NCBI GenBank assembly: GCA_038063455.1
Contig: JBBTVB010000006.1
Span: 39,234-103,233 of the forward strand
Direction: 5' to 3'
DNA: 64,000 bases
Source: Patescibacteria group bacterium
Lineage (GTDB): Bacteria > Patescibacteriota > Patescibacteriia > PEXW01
The position numbers and the translations under genes are program-made. The notes beneath the pieces are model-generated. The model had not been told where the DNA came from and searched no databases. It saw only the letters and a list, made by a program, of their open reading frames with translations. Shown here in pieces: positions 17,364 through 26,619 of this stretch. Every line of letters starts with the position of its first letter. Positions within the stretch are counted from its first letter, which is position 1.

Positions 17364-18650
17364 TTATATCCAGGGCCGGTACTGTCGCGTCAGCAACTCC
17401 CCCGCCCGTTCAGGCTCCGCCATTATTTCTTTTATCACTTTTTCGCAGCGCGTACCTTGCGAGGCTTTTACCAGGATCAGGTCGCCGGGGTGCAGTCGGT
17501 CTTGCAAGAAGTTACCGACGCCTTCGGGTTTGTCAAAACTGAATACCGTATCCTGATTCATACCCGCGGCTGTGGCAGTGTTAGCTATGTGCTTGGCTTG
17601 CTCCCCCACGGTTATCAGGATGTCAACTTTGCCCACAACATACCGCCCAATTTTTTGGTGCTCAGCATCGCTCACACTACCCAGCTCGCGCATGTCGCCG
17701 AGGATTGCATACTTTCGGCCGGCGGTGTGGAGCTCGTGGAGTGTATCCAGCGCCGCCACTGCTGCGGCGGGTGAGGAGTTGTAGGTGTCGTCAATAATCA
17801 CGGTCTGCTTGATGCCTTTGATAATCCGCATGCGCCCGGCTGGTGGTTGGTAACTTGCCAGCTGGCCAGCCACTGCCGCTAGGTTGAGCTTGAGCGCGTG
17901 TGCCACACCAAAGGCTGCACCAACGGCAGTTAATGAATGGCGGCCGAGCGTATCTCGTATCACTATAGGTAAGGTGCTGCCAGCGACTTCCACTTTCGCA
18001 GTAATGCCCTGCACATCTTGCGCTGTTGAGCCAAGAATTGCCGCGTGGGTAAGTTGCACGTCGGCCGATTGTACCTGGCTAAAGGTCACTACCTTGCCAG
18101 GGGCGGAAGCTTTTGCCGAAAGCACTTCGGGGTCGTCCGCGTTGATAACCGCAGTTGCCGTTGCGGGCAACAAAGTGACCATCTTTCGCTCTTCCTCGGC
18201 CGCGGCTTGCACGCTCCCAAAAAATTCCACGTGCTCCACGGTGGCGGCCGTCAGCACGCCCACCGTTGGGTGGATCCACGCGAGGAGTCGGTCAATATCC
18301 CCTACCTTGTCTGCGCCCAACTCCAGCACGAGCAGGTTCGGGTACGTAGCGTTGCGGCGACCAAAAGCTAGTAGCCAGCCGCGCTGCAAAATGCCGAACC
18401 ATTTCCAGAGTGATCGATAGCCGGTCTCTTCCCGCAGGATAGAGAGCGGTACGCCAAGCTCTTGGTTATAGCTCCGCAAGGTTTGACCCACGCGGTAATC
18501 CTTACCCAGAGCTAAGGCGATTGCTTGGACTGCCGAGGTCTTGCCTACCGAGCCAGCCACGCCAACAATGACCGGCGCGTAGCGCGCCAGGACGCGCTTG
18601 GCCAAAAAGGTGAGTTTCCACTGGAGGATGCGAAGGGCAAGAGTTTTCAT
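17364..18650 (-). CDS. murF: UDP-N-acetylmuramoyl-tripeptide--D-alanyl-D-alanine ligase (Mur ligase family, MurF-like, short N-terminus)
   Basis: It carries the Mur ligase P-loop VIVGVAGSVGKTS plus central and C-terminal Mur ligase domains. It sits next to ftsI in the dcw cluster. Confidence 0.75.
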   Translation of the reverse strand: MKTLALRILQWKLTFLAKRVLARYAPVIVGVAGSVGKTSAVQAIALALGKDYRVGQTLRSYNQELGVPLSILREETGYRSLWKWFGILQRGWLLAFGRRNATYPNLLVLELGADKVGDIDRLLAWIHPTVGVLTAATVEHVEFFGSVQAAAEEERKMVTLLPATATAVINADDPEVLSAKASAPGKVVTFSQVQSADVQLTHAAILGSTAQDVQGITAKVEVAGSTLPIVIRDTLGRHSLTAVGAAFGVAHALKLNLAAVAGQLASYQPPAGRMRIIKGIKQTVIIDDTYNSSPAAAVAALDTLHELHTAGRKYAILGDMRELGSVSDAEHQKIGRYVVGKVDILITVGEQAKHIANTATAAGMNQDTVFSFDKPEGVGNFLQDRLHPGDLILVKASQGTRCEKVIKEIMAEPERAGELLTRQYRPWI

Positions 18651-18687
18651 ACACAGAAGCTAGCAGGGATTGTGCGGATTGTCAGGT

Positions 18688-20433
18688 TTAGTTCAAGCTG
18701 CGAGTCGGTGCCACGTCGTAGTATTTCAACAGGAAGTCCATCACGTCGCCAAACAGCGGCGCCGCCGAACTCTCGGCAAACTGGACATCTTTAGGCACGT
18801 CGATGCGCGTCAGCATGACAAACCGCGGGTGTTCGACCGGTGCAAAGCCGGCAAACGAACCAATAGTTTTGTGGGCGTCATACCCGCTGCCGGTGGTGGC
18901 GCGTATCTGTGCGGTTCCGGTTTTGCCCGCCACGTAGTAGCCCGCTACGCCGGCGCGCTTGCCATGGCCTTTTTCTACGACATTCACCAGCATGGCAGCC
19001 AACGTGGCGGCCGTATCTTGCTGCAGCACTTGCCGCACCACTTGCGGCTCGTGGACTTCTTCCCGCCCGTCAGGGTAGTCCACGCGTTCCACCATGTACG
19101 GGTGCATCAGCTTGCCGCCGTTTGCAATGGCGCCAAACGCCGCCACCAGCTGGATGGGCGTCGCCGTAATCCCCTGCCCGAACGATGCGGTGGCCAGAAA
19201 AATATCGCCACTCTTTTGCAGCGCCGCCAAGTTCCCGCCGACTTCGCCAGACATCTCTACGGCCGTTTTTTCGCCAAACCCAAAGTTGTGCACGTAGCGA
19301 CTGAACGTTCCCAACCCCACCTGCTGGGCCGCATGCATTGCCCCGGTGTTGAGGGATTTTTCCAACACGTCATTCATGGTTTGCCGGCCGTGGGCTTCTA
19401 GGTCGGAGTTACGGATAGTAAAAGCGCCAATTTTTTCCGCGCCGGTGTCCACGTACGTGCTCTGCGGTGTTACCTTGCCTTGGTCCAGGGCGGCGGCCAT
19501 GGTTATAGGTTTAAAAATCGAACCGGGTTCGTATGCCCCAAAAACTACCGGATTGTTAAACGCACTGGGGTTTTCGGTTTTGGCGTAGGTGTTGGGGTCA
19601 AAGTCTGGCTGGCCGCACACGGCCAAGAGTTTTCCGGTCTGGACTTCCATAATGACCAGCGCGCCACCATCCGCGCCGTGCTTGGCAACCGCGTCTTTGA
19701 GTTTGCTGCAGGCTTGGTACTGCACCGTGTGGTCAAGGGTGAGCGTAACGCTGGCGCCATTGGTGGCTTCGGTTAAAAAATTCCCACCCACCGAGACTTT
19801 ACCCTGGTTGCCCGAACCTAAGTTAAGCTGACCCTTTTTCCCGGCAAGCGCGTCGTTGAGCGCAGCTTCCACGCCGTACAGGCCGCGCTTCTCATCACCG
19901 CTGTAGCCCACAAAACCCACGGCGTGGCTGGCAAACGCACTCTCGGGGTAGTAGCGCCACTGTTCGTCTTCAAAACGAATGCCCGTCAGTTTGAGCGCTT
20001 CAATCGCGGCCCGCTCCTCAGGCGTCAGTCGCCGCTTCAGCACTTCGTACACATCTTTATCCTTGGTGAGTTTTGGCAGCAACTCCTCGGGGGTTAAACC
20101 CAGAATCGGGCTCAGCGCGCGGGCCGTGCCTGTGGCATCGGTAATGGCTTTTGGCACAGCATACACCAGCGGCTCGTTGCGGTTGGTGGCCAGCGGGAAT
20201 TTCACACTGGTGCTGGCATGGTCACGCACGAAAATGTCACCCCGCTTCGGGGTGAGCTTGGCGGCCAGGTTGTACTGATTTTCGGCCACTGCTGCGTAGG
20301 CCTTGTGCTGCACCACTTGCAGGATGAACAAGCGGATAACCAACCCGCTGGCAAACGCAACCACGACCGCCTGGATTACCCAGAGTCGGTCGCGGGTGCG
20401 AGTGGTGGGCCGGGGTCGCGTCCGGTGCACCAT
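18688..20433 (-). CDS. ftsI: Peptidoglycan D,D-transpeptidase FtsI / class B penicillin-binding protein
   Basis: N-terminal TM, SxxK (GSIFKPIT), and KTG (AGKTGTAQ) are present. It lies downstream of ftsL. Confidence 0.85.
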   Translation of the reverse strand: MVHRTRPRPTTRTRDRLWVIQAVVVAFASGLVIRLFILQVVQHKAYAAVAENQYNLAAKLTPKRGDIFVRDHASTSVKFPLATNRNEPLVYAVPKAITDATGTARALSPILGLTPEELLPKLTKDKDVYEVLKRRLTPEERAAIEALKLTGIRFEDEQWRYYPESAFASHAVGFVGYSGDEKRGLYGVEAALNDALAGKKGQLNLGSGNQGKVSVGGNFLTEATNGASVTLTLDHTVQYQACSKLKDAVAKHGADGGALVIMEVQTGKLLAVCGQPDFDPNTYAKTENPSAFNNPVVFGAYEPGSIFKPITMAAALDQGKVTPQSTYVDTGAEKIGAFTIRNSDLEAHGRQTMNDVLEKSLNTGAMHAAQQVGLGTFSRYVHNFGFGEKTAVEMSGEVGGNLAALQKSGDIFLATASFGQGITATPIQLVAAFGAIANGGKLMHPYMVERVDYPDGREEVHEPQVVRQVLQQDTAATLAAMLVNVVEKGHGKRAGVAGYYVAGKTGTAQIRATTGSGYDAHKTIGSFAGFAPVEHPRFVMLTRIDVPKDVQFAESSAAPLFGDVMDFLLKYYDVAPTRSLN

Positions 20434-20451
20434 GGCAAAAGAAGGTTACGG

Positions 20452-20796
20452 TTAGCGCCGCGCCACGTCGGCGGTCGGCGAAGTTAGGTACTCCACATTG
20501 GTGCTAGCCACCAATTGCGAGACCACGGGCGAGGCTTCCAAGTTCGTCAGTGCGGTAAGTTCGGCTTGCTGCAACTCCAAATCCCGCCGCTGATCCATGA
20601 GCGCGTCATGCTTTTCGACCAACGCCCGCACGGTAAAGTGCTTGGTGGCACTGCGGTTTACCTGCACCAGGTAGGTTGCGCCGAGCAGCACAATCAGCGC
20701 GCCAAGCACCACCGGCAAATTTGACGGTGATACGACCCGCTGTCGATGCTGAGTTTTTTCGGCCGAGCGTTTGAAGAATTGAGAGAACTTTGACAT
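20452..20796 (-). CDS. ftsL: Cell division protein FtsL-like (single TM + coiled coil)
   Basis: 114 aa with a TM helix PVVLGALIVLLGATYLV followed by a coiled coil. It is located between rsmH and ftsI. Confidence 0.6.
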   Translation of the reverse strand: MSKFSQFFKRSAEKTQHRQRVVSPSNLPVVLGALIVLLGATYLVQVNRSATKHFTVRALVEKHDALMDQRRDLELQQAELTALTNLEASPVVSQLVASTNVEYLTSPTADVARR

Positions 20797-20802
20797 ATGT
20801 TT

Positions 20803-21792
20803 TTAGAGTTTTTTTAGGGCGCGGAGTTTACCGCTGCGCGCTCTGGGGTTGTGTTGAATTTCTTGGGGTGAAGGTGAGAGGGGTTTGCGGGTAAGCAGTT
20901 CAGCCGCCGGGATGCGGTCGCACGTACACTGCAGTTGTTCGGGCGGGCAGGAGCAGCGCTTGGCCAGCTGCTGGAAGTACTGCTTTACTAAGCGGTCTTC
21001 CAACGAGTGGAACGAGACAATGGCGAGCCGGCCGCCAGGGGCCAAGAGTTCGAACGCTTGCGGCAGCAATGCTGCTACTTGCCCAAGCTCGTCGTTGACG
21101 GCAATGCGTAAGGCTTGGAAAGTGCGCGTGGCCGGGTGCAAACCCCGCTGCAGCCAGAGCTTGCGCCCAGCAGGTGCCCGTAAGATGCTACGGTACGTAT
21201 CATCAATCAGCTGGACCAATTCGCTGGTGCGAGTCAGCGGCTGCTGGTCGCGCTTTACGACAACTGCTTGTGCAATAGCTCGGCTGTGTGGCTCTTCGCC
21301 AAATTTTTTCAAAAGGGTTTCCAGCTCGCGTTCCGACATGTGGTTCACTAGGTCGGCAGCGGTCTGCCCTTGCGACTGGTCCATCCGCATGTCCAGCGGA
21401 CCATCCTGTAAAAAACTGAAGCCGCGCGCTGGTGCGTCGAGGGCAACGCTCGAGAGTCCAAGGTCCGCGACGATGCTATTGGGTCGGGGAAAATCCTTGG
21501 CCACACTCGCGAGCGTTGCGAACGAGGCATGCACACCCTGGAAGCGCTGGCCGTACTGAGCAAGTTCGGCTTTGGCAAGTTCCAGCGTTTCGGCGTCGCG
21601 GTCAATGCCCAGCAATCGGCCGTCGGGAGCAGTGGCGTCCAGGAACTGGCGGGCGTAGCCGCCCATGCCCAGCGTGCAGTCGATAACCGCGTCCCCTGGT
21701 CGCGGGGCCGTGGCGTGCAAAACAGCTTCTAAAAGAACCGGAGTATGGCCAGGTGCAGCAGGTCCTTGGCGACGGAGAGTATGAGTGTCCAC
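20803..21792 (-). CDS. rsmH: 16S rRNA (cytosine1402-N4)-methyltransferase RsmH (MraW)
   Basis: SAM-MTase motifs are present (IDCTLGMGGYA, DLGLSSVALD). The probable GTG start (VDTHTL...) is 8 nt after the mraZ stop, and the ORF-track extension would overlap mraZ. Confidence 0.8.
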   Translation of the reverse strand: MDTHTLRRQGPAAPGHTPVLLEAVLHATAPRPGDAVIDCTLGMGGYARQFLDATAPDGRLLGIDRDAETLELAKAELAQYGQRFQGVHASFATLASVAKDFPRPNSIVADLGLSSVALDAPARGFSFLQDGPLDMRMDQSQGQTAADLVNHMSERELETLLKKFGEEPHSRAIAQAVVVKRDQQPLTRTSELVQLIDDTYRSILRAPAGRKLWLQRGLHPATRTFQALRIAVNDELGQVAALLPQAFELLAPGGRLAIVSFHSLEDRLVKQYFQQLAKRCSCPPEQLQCTCDRIPAAELLTRKPLSPSPQEIQHNPRARSGKLRALKKL

Positions 21793-21799
21793 ATGGGTG

Positions 21800-22231
21800 C
21801 TAGACGCCAAGCGAACCGAGTGCTTCAGCAATCGTGGCAGAAGACTTTTCCGTGCCGGTGCGGTACTTGGCCCAGGCCGCGGCATCCCAAATTTCCAAGC
21901 GGTTGTAGAGTCCGGCAATAACCACTTTTTTCTTGACCCCGGCGTAGCCGCGCAAGTAGTCCGGCAAAATGACGCGGCCTTGTTTGTCTACTTCCAACTC
22001 CATGGCGCCGGCGAGCATGAGGCGGGCAAACGCCCGGGTATTCGCTTGGGCTATTGGCAGTTTCGCCAGCTTGTCTGCCAGCTGGGCCCAATCGCGTGCC
22101 GGGTACACGCTCAAGCAGCGGTCGAGTCCCCTGGTGACCACCGCACCGTGGCTTAAACGTTCACGAAACTTTACCGGGATGGCTACCCGGCCTTTGTCGT
22201 CTATTCCGTGGTGGTATTCACCGATGAACAT
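21800..22231 (-). CDS. mraZ: Transcriptional regulator MraZ
   Basis: 143 aa starting MFIGEYHHGIDDKGRVAIPVKFRERL, with duplicated MraZ/SpoVT-AbrB-like halves. It is the first gene of the dcw cluster. Confidence 0.85.
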   Translation of the reverse strand: MFIGEYHHGIDDKGRVAIPVKFRERLSHGAVVTRGLDRCLSVYPARDWAQLADKLAKLPIAQANTRAFARLMLAGAMELEVDKQGRVILPDYLRGYAGVKKKVVIAGLYNRLEIWDAAAWAKYRTGTEKSSATIAEALGSLGV

Positions 22232-22295
22232 ATTCTTCTTTACTTTGAGGGCTGGCCGTGGATCCGAGTCCCGCCTAGCGGGACGAGAGGTTCAC

Positions 22296-22466
22296 GGTTA
22301 TCCACAGGACTAAAGGCTTATCCCCACTTTTATCCACTTTTCACCGTGTAAAGCCATTTTACACCACTTTCCTACTCTGGTCAACCACTTGGCACAAAGC
22401 GGGCTTACGAAAGGCACAACAAAAGCAGGCCTTTTTGGCAAGGCTTGTACTGGGTTGTGGATAAAT
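22296..22466. promoter_or_regulatory. Cluster of DnaA-box 9-mers upstream of mraZ: TTATCCACA (22298-22306), TTATCCCCA (22318-22326), TTATCCACT (22330-22338), and TTATCCACA on the minus strand (22456-22464)
   Basis: These are direct matches to the consensus DnaA box TTATCCACA. Two are perfect and two have one mismatch, all within about 170 bp of the mraZ/HD-gene intergenic region. Confidence 0.6.
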
Positions 22467-22467
22467 C

Positions 22468-22500
22468 AAAAACCCCACACTCGTCGCATGGGGTTTAAAA
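22468..22500 (-). terminator. Rho-independent terminator of the HD-domain gene
   Basis: On the minus strand the hairpin AAACCCCA-N11-TGGGGTTT is followed by TTTTGATTT. Confidence 0.6.
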
Positions 22501-22504
22501 ATAG

Positions 22505-23794
22505 CTAGGAAACTCTCACCTGGGCTTTGGGCAGCAACTCGCTCTCGAAGTATCCAAGAAAATCAAATTGCGCACACTGCTCAGCGTAGCCTGGGTCCAC
22601 CGCCACCCGGATAAAGAACCCGCGTTGGCGTGCCTCTTGCAAAGTACGCAAATGACTAGGCACTCGGTCAAACAGCGATGTAAACCGCTTTTCGTGAACG
22701 GAAAACAAAGCTACGTCTTTTGGCAGAATTGAATCGTAGCCGTTTGGCTGGACAATTGCCAAATGATGGCGCGGAATGTGCAAATAATTCTCCAGAGCTT
22801 CTTCAGCCGCCAGGACGCGTTGAGGGTCATCAAGGTATGCACTCAGTACCCGTACTGCTTCTTCTGGCAAACCCATGACCGAGTAATAACGGTGAGCTAT
22901 CCGTTCTTCGCGCTCGCATCCTTCTACTTTCAACACCCAAGTCGTTTTGAAGAGCCTACGATCATGTAGCCGAAGCATGAGGGGATGGTGAGCAAGGAGG
23001 GCCATTACCTGGGTATCGGTCATGCCCCAAATGCTTCCACTATCCTCGGGATGCTCCAGCAAATGTTCGGTTAACGCTCGCTGGTACAAGCGAGCCAGTT
23101 GTTTGGAGGTCTTATCCAAGTACACCCTGAGGTACATAGTCAAAAAGCTGTGCTGGAATCGAATGACCTCCTCTTTAACTTTTTCTTCCACGCCCAGCGT
23201 TGTACCGTCAAATTGTAGGTAGGTTAAGATTGTGCTGGTGTTCAAACCTAGCTCATACCCGGTGTGGTGTGCGTCACGCGCCAGGTAATCAATCTTGTCC
23301 GCGCCCAAGTTCTTATCATGCACTAGCGCGCTCAGCGGGTCGCGCTGGGTAAAGAGCGCTTCCACCAGGTCGAAGTCAGCAACCTGGCTAATGACCGAAC
23401 GCATGTCGTGCAAATGTCGGCGGCCAATGTCCTTGTGATTCTCTTGTAAGACTTGTTCAGTCTCATGAGAGAATGGGCCATGACCGTGGTCGTGGATAAA
23501 GGCGTGTACCTCAAGTGCTCGAAACAACGCCGGGTCCTGAATGCCTAGGCGCTGTGCAGCCAAACGAACGTTATGCAATACGCCTAAGGCATGTTCAAAA
23601 CGCTTATGAGCGCCGCCCGGTTTAACCCGCCAGGCCAACCCAAGTTGCGCGGTGTCGAGTAACCGTTGCGAGTACGGATGGTTGATGAGCGGAATGAGTT
23701 CACTCACATCCACTCTGCCCGCAAGCGGTATGAGAATCGCCTTTGCAGGCACGTACAAACCCTTTGTGGCGCGAGGTCCGGCTTGTGTAGCCAT
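22505..23794 (-). CDS. HD-domain phosphohydrolase (dGTPase-like family)
   Basis: The HD motif is KRFEHALGV...HAFIHDHGHGPFSH...DKIDYLARD. Confidence 0.7.
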   Translation of the reverse strand: MATQAGPRATKGLYVPAKAILIPLAGRVDVSELIPLINHPYSQRLLDTAQLGLAWRVKPGGAHKRFEHALGVLHNVRLAAQRLGIQDPALFRALEVHAFIHDHGHGPFSHETEQVLQENHKDIGRRHLHDMRSVISQVADFDLVEALFTQRDPLSALVHDKNLGADKIDYLARDAHHTGYELGLNTSTILTYLQFDGTTLGVEEKVKEEVIRFQHSFLTMYLRVYLDKTSKQLARLYQRALTEHLLEHPEDSGSIWGMTDTQVMALLAHHPLMLRLHDRRLFKTTWVLKVEGCEREERIAHRYYSVMGLPEEAVRVLSAYLDDPQRVLAAEEALENYLHIPRHHLAIVQPNGYDSILPKDVALFSVHEKRFTSLFDRVPSHLRTLQEARQRGFFIRVAVDPGYAEQCAQFDFLGYFESELLPKAQVRVS

Positions 23795-23884
23795 TGCTTC
23801 TCCTTATGGTAAAAAATTTTTCATGTACAATATTTCCCTCACCTTAGGTAAGGCGACGGTTACTGTCAAACGATCGGGGTTAGG

Positions 23885-24304
23885 CTACCGCTTCCCTTGA
23901 ATCACCTGCACAATCTGCGAATCCGGGCGCAGGTCTTGCACGTACAGAATATGCTCGCGATTTATGAAGAGCTTATCCTGCGGGCCAGTCGCCTGCTCGC
24001 TCAATTTCACTAGCAGGAATTTCGGCTGGGTCGTATCTTTGGTTGCGGTATCGCTCGCCGCTTGGGCGTAGTACACGTCCGTGAGGAGCACTTCGTTGTG
24101 GCCCCACGAGCGCAGGTGGCCATAGTACACTTGGTCGTTCGTTAGAAACACTGCCTGGTAGTATTGCCGACGCTGGTGCTTTTGCCAGGCATGCTGGAGG
24201 CACAGCGAGCCGAGACTCAGGACAATGACTACGAGCAGCAAAAACACGAGCCAAGGTAAGCCGAGTGGCTTTTTCGATGATGCAGGATTTGCAGAAGGTT
24301 CCAT
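23885..24304 (-). CDS. Membrane-anchored hypothetical protein
   Basis: 139 aa with one TM helix (LPWLVFLLLVVIVLSLGSLCL) and a soluble C-terminal domain. Confidence 0.4.
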   Translation of the reverse strand: MEPSANPASSKKPLGLPWLVFLLLVVIVLSLGSLCLQHAWQKHQRRQYYQAVFLTNDQVYYGHLRSWGHNEVLLTDVYYAQAASDTATKDTTQPKFLLVKLSEQATGPQDKLFINREHILYVQDLRPDSQIVQVIQGKR

Positions 24305-24673
24305 AACGGAATCGTACCAACTCTGTTTCCCTTTGTCACCTTGCTACTACTTGCGCAGGCTGGAGAGCCTGCACTCGGCCTGCGAGCAGGAGCCCTGCGC
24401 AGTCCCGCCTATGCGGGACGGAGCAGTCGTGGCCAGGGTAGGGGGTGCCGGAGCTGGAAACCGGACGAGGTTTCCAGCGGGGGTGGCCTTCGAAACTCTG
24501 AACCCCCTGGCCCCTGGTGGAAAAACGTGACTGACCGACGGGATCAGAATAAATGTGACTTCGTTGTCACGAAAAAATGCGAGATTCCTCGCGGAGTTCA
24601 TCCCGCCCGGTGGCGGACTCGGAATGACAAGGTGGACAAAGCAAGCTCTGCCCCTACGCTCGGTAGTAAACCT

Positions 24674-25825
24674 CTACAACTTCCCTTTCGGCTTCCAGGC
24701 GTAGGACACGCCGTACGCAATAATGCCGACCAGCAGAATGATGACCGACGTAAACAGTAGGTGCTGGAGCAACTGGTTGCCCAAGTTGCGGCCAACTGGT
24801 TCAAAAATACTCAACATAGCCTGCCCGAGTTGGTCGGCAGGTTGCGGTAGGTCACTCTTCATCAGCGAGCGTGCTTCCAAGGCAAGCACGACGTTCAGCA
24901 GGCCGGCAATAGCAACACCCACGCCGAACCAACGGAAGCTCGAACGTAATCTCGGCAGGAAGATAAGGAACGCGCCCAAGAAAAATGCCGCTGAAAGCAA
25001 AGTGAGCAAGAGGTGGAGTTGGAAACCAGTAGCCAGGCCATCCTGCGCTTGGTTCAATTTTGCCGCAATGTCTGGCGGAGCCTCGCACGACGTCGTATTG
25101 GTGACGCTATTGGTAAATGCCGTTGCCTGGAACTGGCCACTTGGGCAGGGCTGCTGCTTGTCCGCGGACTTTTTGATTTCCGCCACCAGGTCGATGGTAT
25201 CGGGTACAGCCTTGGTAATTTCCCGGACAGGCACGGAGGCCGTAACCAACGCTCGCACGTCCAGGCCTTTGGGCTTGCACGGCGGCAGCGCACCATCTAA
25301 AGCTTTGCGCTGCTCGTAGGCTTTGCTCTGTGCATCGGTGCAGGTGGGCAACGCTTGAACCTTTTTCATCAGCAAGTCTTGAGCTTCAATTGGCGCGCGC
25401 CGTTTTATATCCTGCAGCGGCACCACCAGCGTAGCATTGGCCCACTGGGTTTCGTTACGGACCAACATGAACGCCAAATCCAAACTGCGCTCAACCGTGT
25501 CTTGTAGCAAGCTGGCCGGCACAATGGCCTGCACCGCCCCAGCCATATCTGCGGCAGAAAGCGGGGTGGAGGCAATGGCCTGGCCCAAGTCTTTTTGATT
25601 GCTCAAAATAACCACGGGCAACTCGTCCAGTGCTCGCTCGTAGACGCGCGCCTCAACCAACGCGGCCTTCCAGGGCTGGCTGGTAAGCAACGTACCGCGA
25701 ACCGACCATAGCACCAGTACAGGCATGCTGGTTAACACGCCAAGCATAATCAAGATAACCCCCAAGAATTTACGCATGGCTATAGTGTATCGCTGGTTGA
25801 ACCGCTTGACTAGCACCCTGTACAA
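24674..25825 (-). CDS. Integral membrane protein, unknown function
   Basis: 383 aa with an N-terminal TM, a large extracytoplasmic Cys-containing domain and C-terminal TM helices. Confidence 0.45.
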   Translation of the reverse strand: MYRVLVKRFNQRYTIAMRKFLGVILIMLGVLTSMPVLVLWSVRGTLLTSQPWKAALVEARVYERALDELPVVILSNQKDLGQAIASTPLSAADMAGAVQAIVPASLLQDTVERSLDLAFMLVRNETQWANATLVVPLQDIKRRAPIEAQDLLMKKVQALPTCTDAQSKAYEQRKALDGALPPCKPKGLDVRALVTASVPVREITKAVPDTIDLVAEIKKSADKQQPCPSGQFQATAFTNSVTNTTSCEAPPDIAAKLNQAQDGLATGFQLHLLLTLLSAAFFLGAFLIFLPRLRSSFRWFGVGVAIAGLLNVVLALEARSLMKSDLPQPADQLGQAMLSIFEPVGRNLGNQLLQHLLFTSVIILLVGIIAYGVSYAWKPKGKL

Positions 25826-25869
25826 GCCTACAGTCTAAAAAAATACACTACACTAACAGAAAGGACACC

Positions 25870-26586
25870 ATGTTCCTGCACCTGCTCTTTCCCATTCTTA
25901 TTTGCATGACGCCAGAACTCAACGGCGAAAGGATTAATTCTACCCTTGGACCTCACGCAAACAGCCTTATTGCATCTTTACCACGAACGGACAGTACGTA
26001 CTTCACGTTAGGGTCACTCTTTGCCAACCGGGTCTTTGTGAAAGAATCCACAAACAACAAACAGGATGCCGACTCTGCGATCTACTACTTAGGCAAAGCA
26101 AAGGTGCTTTGCCCGAACAATGCCGTCATTGCTGCGTACATTGCCATTGCAACAGCCATGCGAGCCAAGGAGACTGGCCTGTTCCAATTTATTTCTGGAA
26201 AAATGGTAGAAAATGGACATGTTGCATTTGTATGCATGGACTCGGTGCGAAAAGCCAACCCGGAAAATCTGGCGGTACAATTCTTAAGCGCGAGTTTATT
26301 TGCTGAAGCTTCTGCATTCTTCAGCGATAAAAAAATGTTCCGCTTGCAAAGCATGTCAACTTTCCAGTCGCTTCACCTGCAGGCAATTGAGGGTAGCAAC
26401 CCGACATTTTTTCAAGATGAAGTGCAAGCACACATTCTGCTGAGTCTGGCTTTACTCGAAAAAAAACTTGATAACAGGAGGGAGAGTAGGGCTCTTCAGT
26501 GCCAGTACTTTGAACAAATCCAAATAGCATACAAAGAGACGGCAGCTGCTCGCTTCGTAGAGAGAAAAAAGTTAGCCTGCAATTAA
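25870..26586 (+). CDS. Hypothetical protein (lower-GC gene on opposite strand to neighbours)
   Basis: 238 aa. It is followed by a hairpin + T-run terminator at about 26590-26625. Confidence 0.4.
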   Translation: MFLHLLFPILICMTPELNGERINSTLGPHANSLIASLPRTDSTYFTLGSLFANRVFVKESTNNKQDADSAIYYLGKAKVLCPNNAVIAAYIAIATAMRAKETGLFQFISGKMVENGHVAFVCMDSVRKANPENLAVQFLSASLFAEASAFFSDKKMFRLQSMSTFQSLHLQAIEGSNPTFFQDEVQAHILLSLALLEKKLDNRRESRALQCQYFEQIQIAYKETAAARFVERKKLACN

Positions 26587-26619
26587 GTTTCCTCAGTGTC
26601 TACCAATCTACGGTAGGCG

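Noticed and set aside
18670-19401. 243-aa plus-strand ORF (and many similar 60-230-aa ORFs, e.g. 20885-21559, 24723-25319, 40226-40900, 43688-44179, 45425-46342, 59538-60428) antisense to or overlapping well-supported genes.
   Set aside because: They are embedded in confidently assigned genes (ftsI, rsmH, rplJ and others) on the opposite strand or in another frame. They have Arg/Ala/Gly/Pro-rich low-complexity translations typical of spurious ORFs in GC-rich DNA, with no motifs.
22232-22504. Calling this region the chromosomal origin (oriC).
   Set aside because: The DnaA-box density fits, but no dnaA/dnaN is nearby, no obvious AT-rich unwinding element is adjacent (the region is GC-rich), and I cannot compute GC-skew over the whole replicon. 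It is reported as a DnaA-box cluster only.
24305-24673. Considered RNase P RNA, tmRNA or SRP RNA for this structured GC-rich intergenic region (and for 31191-31834).
   Set aside because: None of the near-universal primary-sequence signatures is present. There is no AGGAAAGUCCGG/ACAGAAACCCGGCUUA for RNase P RNA, no tmRNA-type tRNA-like 3' end, and no GGAAGCAGCCAAGG-type SRP domain IV. It is left as an unclassified candidate ncRNA.
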